DNA from: an uncultured Acidimicrobiales bacterium
GTDB taxonomy: Bacteria > Actinomycetota > Acidimicrobiia > Acidimicrobiales > SHLQ01
Length of the DNA: 64,000 nt
Assembly (NCBI GenBank): GCA_964517125.1
Contig: CAZFBD010000001.1
Coordinates: forward strand, 236,338 to 300,337
Direction: 5' to 3'
The number at the start of each line of letters is the position of its first letter. Position 1 is the stretch's first letter. Positions 55,101 to 64,000 of the stretch are shown one piece after another. The position numbers and the translations under genes were made by a program. The notes beneath the pieces are model-generated. The model was not told the DNA's origin, did no database searches, and saw only the letters and a program-made list of their open reading frames with translations.

Positions 55101-56375
55101 GTGCTGCAGATGTCGGACCAGAACCGGACTCGGGTGGTGGTTGTCGGCGCTGGCTTCGGTGGACTCGCTGCCACAAAGGCCCTCGCAGACGCACCGGTCG
55201 ACGTCGCGCTGATCGATCGGCAGAACCACCATCTGTTCCAGCCGCTGCTGTATCAGGTGGCCACCGCCGGGCTGAATCCGTCGGACATTGCACAGCCCAT
55301 TCGCCACATCCTGGCCAAGCAGGACAACTGCCAACCGATCCTCGCCGAGGTGACCGGGATCGACTCGGCAGAGGGCACCGTGGAGACCACCGCCGGAGCG
55401 TTTCCCTACGACTACCTGGTTCTGGCCACGGGGGCGACGCACGCGTACTTCGGAAACGACCAGTGGGCCGAGCACGCTCCCGGCCTCAAGAGCGTCGAGG
55501 ATGCGCTCGACATCCGCCGTCGAATCCTCCTGGCGTTCGAGCGTGCCGAACTTGCAGACACCGCCGACGAGCGTCAGCGCCAGATGACCTTCGTGGTCGT
55601 CGGAGCGGGGCCCACCGGCGTCGAGATGGCGGGTGCAATACGCGAGATCGCCACACAGACCCTGCATCGGGACTTTCGAAGAATCGACACCTCGAGCAGT
55701 CGGGTCATCCTGGTGGAGGCGGGGCCAGCCGTTCTTGGACCATTCCCCGAGCGGCTCCAGCGCTCGGCGGTGGAACAGCTCCACGACCTGGGAGTGGAGG
55801 TCCAGACCGGCACGCGCGTCACCGATATCACCGCCGACGGAGTGACCACGAGCGACGGATTCGTCGCCGCGGCGACCACGATCTGGGCCGCTGGGGTGTC
55901 GGCCTCGCCTCTGGGAGCAGCCATCGCCGACGAGACCGATCGTTCCGGTCGAGTCGTGGTGGAGACCGACCTGAGCATCGCCAACCATCCGAACGTCTTC
56001 GCCATTGGCGATGTGGCCGCCTGCACCGACGCAGCGGGTGTTGCGGTGCCGGGTGTCGCCCCCGCTGCTGAGCAGGGTGCGGAACACGCGGTGGCGTGCA
56101 TCCTTGCCGACCTGGCGGGCGCCGAGCGAACGGCCTTCGTCTACAAGGACAAGGGGTCCATGGCGACCATCGGCCGTTCGAAGGCCGTTGCCGACCTCGG
56201 TCCGAAGTTGCAGTTCGGTGGCCGTGCAGCCTGGTTCCTGTGGGGGGCCGTGCACGTGTGGTCGCTGGTTGGCTTTCGATCGCGCATTCGCACCATGGGC
56301 AGCTGGAGCTGGCAGTACCTGACCGGTCAGCGCACCGCTCGGCTCATCACCGGCGACACCACCGTCGACGGCTGA
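55101..56375 (+). CDS. ndh: type II NADH:quinone oxidoreductase (NDH-2)
   Basis: It has two dinucleotide folds (VVVVGAGFGG, FVVVGAGPTGVE), FQPLLYQVAT and GDVA. The start may instead be the ATG at 55110. Confidence 0.85.
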   Translation: MLQMSDQNRTRVVVVGAGFGGLAATKALADAPVDVALIDRQNHHLFQPLLYQVATAGLNPSDIAQPIRHILAKQDNCQPILAEVTGIDSAEGTVETTAGAFPYDYLVLATGATHAYFGNDQWAEHAPGLKSVEDALDIRRRILLAFERAELADTADERQRQMTFVVVGAGPTGVEMAGAIREIATQTLHRDFRRIDTSSSRVILVEAGPAVLGPFPERLQRSAVEQLHDLGVEVQTGTRVTDITADGVTTSDGFVAAATTIWAAGVSASPLGAAIADETDRSGRVVVETDLSIANHPNVFAIGDVAACTDAAGVAVPGVAPAAEQGAEHAVACILADLAGAERTAFVYKDKGSMATIGRSKAVADLGPKLQFGGRAAWFLWGAVHVWSLVGFRSRIRTMGSWSWQYLTGQRTARLITGDTTVDG

Positions 56376-56524
56376 CGTCTGGACCTCGGCTCAACGCCCC
56401 CGACCGCGCTCTACCGCCTCGCCGTTACCGCACGCCACGGTCTCGGCGGTCCCGGTTCGAGAACTTCACGCCATTCGCCGAAGCTGTGAGCCAGCTGGAC
56501 CCTGGTCGTGTTCGACCCCAGCGG

Positions 56525-57823
56525 TCAGCTCGGGTCGGGCTGAGGCGGACGAATTCGGACCTTCTCGATGCGGCGTCCGTCCACTTCTTCGACCGTGAGC
56601 TCGTGTCCTCCGTGCATGACGGTGTCGCCGAGCGATGGGACCGCTCCGGCATGAGCCAGGACGAGGCCGGCAATGGTCACGATGTCTTCGTGGTCGAACG
56701 ATTCGTCGTCGAGTTCCTGGCGAAGCTCGGTGAGTGTGGTGTCTCCGGGAACGGTCATGGAGCCGTCGATGTGGTGAATCACGCCGTCGGGGTGTTCGTC
56801 GTCCATGACCTCGTCGATCACGTCATCGAGCGAAACGAATCCGACCGTTGCACCGAATTCGTCGACGACGAGTGCGGCGTGTGCGGTTCCACGTTTGAAC
56901 TCGTCGAGCAGATCCTCGGCCGAGGTTGTTGCTGCGACCACGGGAAGCGGACGAACCAGGTCGCCCAACGAGGTGAAGGTGCCCAAACGGTCGGCCCGGA
57001 CGAAGTCCTTGATGTGGAGCATGCCAATGACATGGTCGAGGTCGCCGTCGACGACCGGATAGCGGCTACGTGGCGAAGCATCGACGAACTCCGACACGGT
57101 CTGGGCAGACGCGTTTCGGTCGATGGCGACGATGTTGTTCCGGGAGATCATGATCTCCTCGGCAGCTCGCGTGTCGAGCTCGAAGATGTTTCGAATCAGA
57201 TCTCGCTGAAGTCCACCAAGCTGGCCGCTCTCGGCCGACTCATCGGTCACGATGCTCAGTTCGTTGCTCGTGTGCAGCGAAAGACGCTTGTCGGGTTCGG
57301 GAATGCGCAGCGCACGCATGAGTGCGAAGGCGATCGCGTTGAGCACCGAAACCATTGGCTTGAACAGCGCACTGAACGTTCGCATCAGAGGATTCAGGCG
57401 GACACTCACCGATTCTGGCGCTTGCAGTGCCAGCGCCTTCGGAATCATCTCGCCAAAGACCACATGCATGTACGTGATAGCGCTGAGCGCCACGATGAAC
57501 CCGGCGGTGTGAGACGCACCCTCGGAGAAGCCGATGCTCTCCAGTGGCTCGTACAGCCAGTGGGCGACTGCTGGCTCCCCGTACATACCAAGGCCAATCG
57601 ACGCCAGGGTGATACCCAACTGCGCCACAGCGATGTAGCTGTCCTTGCCGGCGTGACGGTCGAAGACGGCAACAAGCCAACGTGCCGCTCCGTTGCCGCC
57701 ATCGGCGAGCGACTGCAGACGGCTCTTGCGGGCACCGACGAGTGCGAACTCAGCAGCCACGAACAGGCCGTTGAGCGCCACCAAGACGATGATGGCGAGG
57801 ATCGGGATGAGGTACTCGCTCAT
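56525..57823 (-). CDS. DUF21(CNNM)-CBS-CorC_HlyC family protein (hemolysin/TlyC-like)
   Basis: 432 aa with the N-terminal DUF21 motif NGLFVAAEFALVGARKSR, a CBS pair and a CorC C-terminal domain. Confidence 0.85.
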   Translation of the reverse strand: MSEYLIPILAIIVLVALNGLFVAAEFALVGARKSRLQSLADGGNGAARWLVAVFDRHAGKDSYIAVAQLGITLASIGLGMYGEPAVAHWLYEPLESIGFSEGASHTAGFIVALSAITYMHVVFGEMIPKALALQAPESVSVRLNPLMRTFSALFKPMVSVLNAIAFALMRALRIPEPDKRLSLHTSNELSIVTDESAESGQLGGLQRDLIRNIFELDTRAAEEIMISRNNIVAIDRNASAQTVSEFVDASPRSRYPVVDGDLDHVIGMLHIKDFVRADRLGTFTSLGDLVRPLPVVAATTSAEDLLDEFKRGTAHAALVVDEFGATVGFVSLDDVIDEVMDDEHPDGVIHHIDGSMTVPGDTTLTELRQELDDESFDHEDIVTIAGLVLAHAGAVPSLGDTVMHGGHELTVEEVDGRRIEKVRIRPPQPDPS

Positions 57824-59115
57824 GCGTCACCGCCTTCGTTGACGGAGAAGCTGATTCGCTCGATGGCATTGCCGTCGACCGTGTCGATCTGGACGAGGAG
57901 CCCGTCGGGGCCGAGCGAGACTTGTTCGCCTGCGCTCGGCATGCGGGACAGCGTGTGCCAGACGAGGCCACCGATCGTGTCGACATCTTCGGCTGGGAGC
58001 GACAGGTGATAGCGCTGATTCAGGTCGTCGAGCAGAACCTCGCCGGCGACCGACACGCGACCTGCGACCTCCACGATGGGGTCCGGGTCGACGTCGAATT
58101 CGTCCCGGACTTCGCCGAAGATCTCTTCGATTGCGTCCTCGAGGGTGACGAGCCCGGCCACGTCGCCGTATTCGTTGATCACGAACGCGCAGTGCTGCTC
58201 GCTGTCGTGCAACCGTCTCCACAGGTCGGGAACAGAGAGTGTTTCCGCCACCTCGAGCACTGGACGGGTCATGGCCGACACGGTGGTGTCCGGCGTGTTC
58301 CGAGCCGAGCGGTACAGGTCACGGAGATGCACGATTCCGGTGACGTCGTCCGTCGCTGTACCCCAGACGGGGAACCGGCTGTGCGGCGTCTCGACGACCT
58401 GGTCGAGTGCCGTGCCTACCGGAGCGGCAGCTTGCACGCCGACGAGCCGTCGCCGTGGCGTCATGATCTCGCGGACGAGGCGTTGTTCCACGTTCAGGAC
58501 ACCGGCGACCATGTCGCGTTCGGCTGCGTCGATGAGGCCTCCCTCGGCACTTTCGTCGAAGAGCGCTGCGAGTTCCTCGGGAGAATGGACGTGTGCGTGG
58601 CTGTGTTCGGTGTCGAGGCCGAGGGCACGCATGATGGAGAACGCCGACCCGTTGAAGATCTTCACGAGTGGGCGGAAGACCATCTGGCTGATCTGCATGG
58701 GTCGCAGCGTGGCGATCGCCAAACGCTCCGGGTAGCGAAGTGCAGCGGTCTTGGGAAGAAGCTCGCCAAGAACTACCTGGAGGGACGTGATGATGAGAAG
58801 GGTCACGAGAACGGCGACAGCGCGACCTGCAGAACCGAACAGTGGCTCGAGCAATGGGGTGAGGCGGGCCTGGCCGAACGCGCCAGCCACGAGACTGCTC
58901 AGGGTGATTCCCACCTGGCATGCCGCGACGTAGTTGTCGAGCGCCACGGGGTCCCCGACGATCTTGAACAGCGTTCCGGCTGCCCGGTTCCCCTCCTCGG
59001 CCGACGCCTGGATGCGGGATTTGCGACTTCCGACGGTCGCGAACTCGGCGGCAACGTAGAGGGCGTTGAGTGCAAGCATCACAACGATCGCCACGATGGT
59101 GATCAGCAAACTCAA
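57820..59115 (-). CDS. DUF21(CNNM)-CBS-CorC_HlyC family protein, tandem paralog
   Basis: 431 aa with the same architecture (NALYVAAEFATVGSRKSR). There is an ATGA overlap with the downstream paralog. Confidence 0.85.
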   Translation of the reverse strand: MSLLITIVAIVVMLALNALYVAAEFATVGSRKSRIQASAEEGNRAAGTLFKIVGDPVALDNYVAACQVGITLSSLVAGAFGQARLTPLLEPLFGSAGRAVAVLVTLLIITSLQVVLGELLPKTAALRYPERLAIATLRPMQISQMVFRPLVKIFNGSAFSIMRALGLDTEHSHAHVHSPEELAALFDESAEGGLIDAAERDMVAGVLNVEQRLVREIMTPRRRLVGVQAAAPVGTALDQVVETPHSRFPVWGTATDDVTGIVHLRDLYRSARNTPDTTVSAMTRPVLEVAETLSVPDLWRRLHDSEQHCAFVINEYGDVAGLVTLEDAIEEIFGEVRDEFDVDPDPIVEVAGRVSVAGEVLLDDLNQRYHLSLPAEDVDTIGGLVWHTLSRMPSAGEQVSLGPDGLLVQIDTVDGNAIERISFSVNEGGDA

Positions 59116-59224
59116 CAGAACCTCGACTTGCGCTCAGGACGGCGCTGGTCGCCACTCGGGAACATGTGGTGAGTATATGGCGCATGGGTCCAAGGGGATC
59201 TCATGCTGCCTGTGAACTCCGTGG

Positions 59225-60979
59225 TCACGTGGTGCAGTCCTGACCGATGTTGCACACGAGGTCACTCGCCGGGGTGTGGTCGATGGCCTTGGTGGTCCAC
59301 CATCCGTGGGGCCCGTCGTTGCTGAGCGCGTAGGCGTTGGTTCGGTTCGGGTCGCCGGCCACCGCGATCATGAACCGCTCGGGTTTGGTCACGATGGGGA
59401 CAGGACGAGCGGGGTCATCCGACGCAGCGAAGACGTCTGGGAGCAGATTCTCGTTCACCAGCTCGTGCAGCGTTCGCCGGCCGGCGGTGAGGTTGCTCCA
59501 CTCCCCGATCATGGCTTCGAACGTGCTTGCCGGTATTCGAGCGTGTTCGAACAGCCCACCCTGCACGTCGTGTTTGGACCAGCCTGCGTTCGCGAAGATG
59601 CGGGCAAGAACCGGGGACAGCACGAGCAATGGTTGGAACTGGTCGTGGCCCAGTCCGTGGACGTGGGTGAGGTCCCACGCCGCGGTCCGGGCCAGGCCAT
59701 TGCCGAGGTAGGGCAGGATCTCTTCTGGAGCGGAGCCGAAGACGCTGCCGATGATCGTGCCGCTGTTCATGCGAGCCATGGTCACGGTGTCATCGTGCGC
59801 GCTGAAGCCGAAGCTGGCCGACAGCGGTTCCCAGCCGATCTCCTCGAGGCACGCCATGTCTTCAGCCAGCACCACGCGAGTGCTGTTTCCGAAGGTCGCC
59901 TTGTCATGCTCCTCAGCGGTGAACCCGAACACGTTGCGGAGGTACAGCCGGAGCCAGCGCCCGACGCACGTGTTCGCGTGGGCTCCTTCGCGCAGCGCTC
60001 CGGGTCCGGAGTTGAAGCCGAGTGCGTCTACGTTCGGGCCATCGACAATGACCAGTGCATCTGCACCCGTTGTATTGCCGGAGTGTTCGGCGCCATAGTC
60101 CGGGTCGGCGAGCACCTCACACATACCGAGCAACACCGGGAGGTGTTCCGGGCGGCAGCCTGCCATGACGGCGTTGACGGCAACCGACCAGACCGTGAGA
60201 TCGCGCCCGCTCGACGACGCGACCCCAAGGATCTTCCACGGGTCGTGGCCCGATTCGGCAAGGAACGCCTCGACCCGATCCCGGGTTGGCGGCACGATGG
60301 GACTGCCGTCGGTCCAGCCGTTCGCCAGGAACACCTCGTGAATGTGATCGATCGCGCCGGAGGCGACGACGTCGAGGGCCGTGGGTTCGTCGCTCCCCTC
60401 TCCCTCATGTTCTGCCTCCACCGTGAGCCCATCGATGATCTGCTGCACGGTCGACTCGATGAAGTTCTGCACCATCACCTCGTACGGTTGCGCGTCGACG
60501 TGACCCACGGTGACGGCCAACGGGAGGCCATCGTGGCCATGTCCGCGCGCAGTTGCATTCGCCTGGCCAGCGAAACCCTCGCACACGATGGAGACCGAAG
60601 GGATTCCCGCCGACTCCGCTGCCATGGCTGCCCGCATCACGGCGGGCGTACAGCTGCCTCAACAACCCATCCCGGACACGACGGCATCGACCCCGCGACT
60701 CCGCAGGTCGTCGGGAAGGCGACCCACCCGCTCCTTCTCGTCAGAACCGTGCAGGTTCCCGAACACCGTGTGATCCACAATCTCGAGATCCGCTGACCGC
60801 GCCTTCAGCTCTCGTTCGAGCACGGGGAACAGTTCGTCGCCGCGAAACAGGTAGTCCCAGAGGAACGCAACTCGCTTGCCGTCAAGCGTGCGCAGCCGCG
60901 CAGCGGTTCGCCGTTGTTGGATCCCTCGCGGTGCGCTCGGCCAGACCACCTCGTACATCGGTTCCATATACGACATCAT
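59225..60979 (-). CDS. UGSC-motif selenoprotein module fused to a ~400 aa domain of unknown function, with TGA-Sec at 60659-60661
   Basis: Track ORFs 60659-60979 and 59225-60640 are in frame and separated by one TGA. The joined reading is ...RSRGVDAVVSGMGC-TGA-GSCTPAVMRAAMAAESAGIPSVSIV..., which gives a C-U-G-S-C motif in a context resembling the GrdB/PrdB Sec loop. After an acidic linker (EAEHEGEGSDEP), a large domain follows (GWTDGSPIVPPTRDRVEAFL...) that I cannot assign. The product is 584 aa. Confidence 0.8.
60630..60647 (-). other. candidate SECIS hairpin of the UGSC gene
   Basis: On the mRNA: UGA-N11-GCCCGC-CGUGAU-GCGGGC, a perfect 6 bp stem. Confidence 0.5.
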
Positions 60980-60998
60980 GCAACAGGTTCGATGTTGG

Positions 60999-63360
60999 CT
61001 AGCGGTCCGCGGCCAGCTCGAGGTTCAGTCCCTCGACCACCGCGATCAAGTCACCGGTCTCGACGAAGTCGGTTGCCAGAATCGTGGGCAGACGACCGCG
61101 CTCAGCTTCGCACTCTCGGACCCGTTCCAGCAGAGCGTCACGGCTGTTGATGGAGATGGCGGCTTCGCGCACGGGGATGCCGGTGGTGATCCAGTGGTTG
61201 ATCAAGAAGAGCGGGTTCGAGTCGACACCACGATTGGGGGCGCAGGAGAAGTCGCTGGGCACCGCAAACGTGTATGGAGTCTCGGTGAATGCTGCATCGA
61301 AGCCATTCTGGAACCAGGTTCCCGGCTCGCCCTGATTCTCGCCGTAGACCAGGACGCGCTGGTCCAAGTCCACCAGTTCGCCCAGTGTGGGAAACGGCGT
61401 TCCGGGTTGATGGACAAACGCCCGATCCAGAAGACCACTATCACTGAAGGCCGCCTCGAGATCCTCGGTGGAGATCTCGTCCTGCACAATGACAAGTAAC
61501 GCCTCATTTGGATTCTCATCGAGCCAGATGTTGATGTCCGAGAGCCCCGAGGTCAGGTCGGTGGCACCGAGTGCACAAAACCCGTGACAGAGCCAGGTCC
61601 CGGCACGAGGCTGATCGTCTCCAAGCGCCGCCTCGACCGTGGCTGCAGCGTCGTCAGCGGGCTTCGTCACCGTCGAGGCGCCCTTCGGCATGCCAATACA
61701 GGGCGTCGATCAGTAACGCCCGGATGCCGTGGTCAAGCTGGGTGATCATGTCTCCGTCCTGCATGGCCAACTGCCAACCGAGCGCATTCGACGACATCGC
61801 GTTGTGGGATCCGGCAAAGACGACCTCGTCGATGGTCCGACCACAGAGTTCCACGTGTCCGTTACATCCCTGATCAGCGGTCTGAGCAGCGGCGGAGTTC
61901 GTGGTGCTCCACACACCTGCACTCGCTGCGAGGGCCACCACAGCCGTTGCAACGAGCCATCGACGTTGGCTGCCTTCGGCCGCGTGCTCCCCCGCACTCT
62001 CGACAACCGTCGAAGAACTCCGGAAGGTGGAACGTGCGGTACGAGCGTCGAGCAATGCCTGCAACAACGACCCAACCGTTGCGAAGACCAACGTCGTCGC
62101 AAGCGACCAACCGGGCCAGAGCAGGAACGCGACGATCGTGAGAATCCCGACGTTCACCCGAATGCGGGATTCTGCAGCAACTGGCTCCGGTTGCTCGTCG
62201 ATTGAGAACCTCGAGCGAAACGCTGCGGCGCCTGCGCTGGTTGCGGTCACGCCCCAGATGATCCGCTGCGCGACAGCGACGATGACGAGAAGCGTCACGA
62301 GCACGCGCCACGTGGGCGTCGACCAGACCACGAGGATGATCACCAGCGAGAGCCAGACGAGCAGGCGCGCGGCGGCAGGATTTGCACGAATGGAATCGGC
62401 GATTCGGCCAACGATCTCGCCATCGTGATTCCAGAGGCTCCGTGGGAGCGAACGCAACACCTGGGCAGCCGGATGGTTGCCCAGAAGTACTCCCACGACT
62501 GCAAGGATCAGGCCGTTGACGATGAGCCCCCGTTGGAACTGGGCGTAGTCGGCAGACACGACTTCGGCCACGGCGAGCCCAACGTTCGCTCGCTGTTCGG
62601 AGAAGGCCCCGAGCAGGGCAAAGAGAATGGTCGAAACCACGAGGACGGAGATGAGGGCGGAGCCGGACAGAAAAAGTCCGGCGCGGACGAGTGCAATTCT
62701 GCGGTTCGGAGCCATGATTGCGGCTCCAATCAGGCAACCCAGCGCAAGCAGTGCCAGAAGTCCGCCAGCGGCTGGCACCCCCTGTGTGACCAGGAGAAGC
62801 GAACTGTTCTCGCCGTCCTCCTCGGCGAGAGTGAAGCGTCCGACGTCGGAGCCTGTCATGACCTTGGCCACGCCGGCACCAAGAGCAGGACCGCCGAGAT
62901 CGCGGCTGGTACGAACCAGAACCGCGCCCATGTCGATCGTGATCTCCGACTCGTCGGCGGTGAACTGTCTGTGCACTTCCCGAAGTGCGGACTGGCGTGC
63001 GTCCACAGCCACCTCGGTGTCGAGCAGTCGGAATGCAGCGTCGGTGAGCTGCGTCGTCGCCAGCCGGGTCGCTGGGACCACAAAGGTCCGAACCTGAGGC
63101 GGAAGGTCGGCTGTCAGCGTCTCGTCGGTCGTGATCACCTCGAGCATGGTTGCGGTCGCAACTTCGGCGACGCCCTGACGAGCCTCAGGGTGCGCAATTG
63201 CCTTGTCCGCGACCGAGACGAACGCATCTTCCTCGGTGATCACGTTGGAGATGTACAACAGCGGACCGGCCAACAGCACGAGCACTGCCAGCAGAACAAG
63301 CAGGATGGTTGAGACAGCCGGGCCGTAGCGAGAACGAAGTGACGCCTTCGCTTCGGTCAT
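60999..63360 (-). pseudogene. membrane-anchored PLC-like phosphodiesterase (PI-PLC X-domain family), interrupted by a frameshift near 61654-61711
   Basis: ORF 61654-63360 encodes about 480 aa of multi-transmembrane sequence, then an internal signal-like segment and CNGHVELCGRTIDEVVFAGSHNAMS...QLDHGIRALLIDALYWH. ORF 60999-61691, in another frame and overlapping by 38 nt, continues with WLCHGFCALGATDL...WLDENPNEALLVIVQDE. Together these are the two halves of one PLC-like X domain. The downstream frame is closed by a TGA at about 61711, so the shift must lie between about 61711 and 61654. Confidence 0.6.
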
Positions 63361-63405
63361 CGGGGCCTCCCTCCGTCAGCGGCACCGTGATCGTAGCGAG
63401 CTGGC

Positions 63406-64000
63406 TCAAACAGTGCCCTCATCGAGCTGTATCAGCACCTGGACCGCCCGCTCGCGCACGTCGTCCAGGTCCTTCAACCGACGCATCCCGGCCAGCTGTT
63501 GGCTCATGCGATGGTTCGAGCTGAATGCCTCCTCGTTGCGGGCCAGGAAGTCCCAGTAGAGCGTCGTGTACGGGCATGCGTCGTCGCCGACGCGCTTCTT
63601 GGGGTTGTACCGACAGCCCTTGCAGGAGTCGCTCATCTTGTTGATGTACGCTCCACCGCTCGCATAGGGCTTGGTTGCCATCTGTCCCCCGTCGGCGTGA
63701 AGCGCCATGCCGATGACGTTGGGGAGCATGACCCACTCGGCTCCGTCCACGAAGCTCGCCCACATCCAGTCGGTCATCGCCTGCGGGTCGACGCCGGCGG
63801 TCAGCGCGAGGTTCCCGAACACCATGAGTCGCTCGATGTGATGGGTGTAGCCGTGGTCATGCAGGTGCGACATCGCCGACGAGACGCACGCCATGTCTGT
63901 CGTTGCTTCGCCGGTGAATGCAGGAGGAACCGGTCGTGTCGCCCCAAGTGCGTTTCGGTCTCGGTAGCCGTCAGGCATCCAGAGCCAGTAGACGCCCCAC
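63406..64000 (-). CDS. FeS-BCP / PhrB-type cryptochrome-photolyase family protein ((6-4) photolyase-like), C-terminal part (5' end off-window)
   Basis: The frame stays open to the window edge (..WGVYWLWMPDGY..). It has HHIERLMV and the Cys pattern C-x2-C-x12-C (CKGCRYNPKKRVGDDAC), followed by YTTLYWDF. That spacing matches three of the four [4Fe-4S] ligands of PhrB-type enzymes. Confidence 0.75.
   Translation of the reverse strand, partial: WGVYWLWMPDGYRDRNALGATRPVPPAFTGEATTDMACVSSAMSHLHDHGYTHHIERLMVFGNLALTAGVDPQAMTDWMWASFVDGAEWVMLPNVIGMALHADGGQMATKPYASGGAYINKMSDSCKGCRYNPKKRVGDDACPYTTLYWDFLARNEEAFSSNHRMSQQLAGMRRLKDLDDVRERAVQVLIQLDEGTV

Noticed and set aside
56430-56470. A GGTTCGAGAAC stretch resembling a tRNA T-loop in the intergenic region after ndh. 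I also looked here for tRNA-Sec.
   Set aside because: The flanking bases do not form a T-stem or an acceptor stem, and no cloverleaf can be drawn by eye. A tRNAscan or ARAGORN run would settle it.
24246-60979. The alternative reading of the four TGA-split genes as pseudogenes or as pairs of small independent ORFs.
   Set aside because: In all four cases the TGA falls exactly on the catalytic Cys/Sec column of the family motif. Both flanks stay in one frame with family-like sequence, and a hairpin follows within 7-11 nt. A Sec-type selD in the same window makes Sec decoding the simplest explanation. Experimental or comparative confirmation is still needed.
1-64000. A search by eye for CRISPR arrays, IS elements or transposases, integrases, prophage genes and rRNA genes.
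   Set aside because: I saw no spaced direct repeats, no DDE or tyrosine-recombinase-like ORFs, and no rRNA-like segments. The only repeat family noted is the 15-21 bp palindrome around the PRMT-like gene.

Overview
This is a high-GC chromosomal window of about 60 protein-coding genes. The gene content looks Actinobacteria-like: a furA-katG pair, an F420/LLM-type oxidoreductase, a WS/DGAT remnant, and tandem DUF21-CBS genes. That taxonomic guess is inference only. I found no rRNA, tRNA, CRISPR array, transposase or integrase.

The main result is something the six-frame ORF track hides. Four genes carry an in-frame TGA exactly where their families have a catalytic or redox cysteine, and each TGA is followed by a short hairpin. 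I read these as UGA-selenocysteine genes:
- selD, with U at codon 18 in the motif GAGUGCK.
- An AhpD/CMD-family protein with NQCPTU..SSH (a CxxU motif).
- A PrdB/GrdB-family protein with LTPVUPEC.
- A UGSC-motif module (GMGCUGSC) fused to a roughly 400 aa domain I cannot assign.

selD heads a tightly coupled minus-strand gene string: selD, an M19 dipeptidase-like gene, a 559 aa unknown, and DUF3726. This could be a selenium-linked system with no assigned function. The PrdB-like and AhpD-like selenoprotein genes bracket an acyl-CoA dehydrogenase and sit back-to-back with an enolase-superfamily epimerase.

Other notable content:
- A full-length eukaryote-type protein arginine methyltransferase (PRMT) homolog, bracketed by copies of a 21 bp palindrome-containing repeat.
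- A complete eukaryote-like kynurenine pathway operon (MarR, HAAO, kynureninase, KMO, TDO), followed by ALDH, DapA-like and NadX genes.
- A DddP-like M24 gene in an operon with a fatty-acid hydroxylase and a PhyH dioxygenase.
- A second M24/PhyH/racemase/C-S lyase operon.
- A phnDCE(E) transporter plus an orphan LivH-type permease immediately upstream of selD.
- A decayed WS/DGAT gene and a frameshifted membrane-anchored PLC-like gene.

All product calls rest on motif recognition by eye. No database searches were run.
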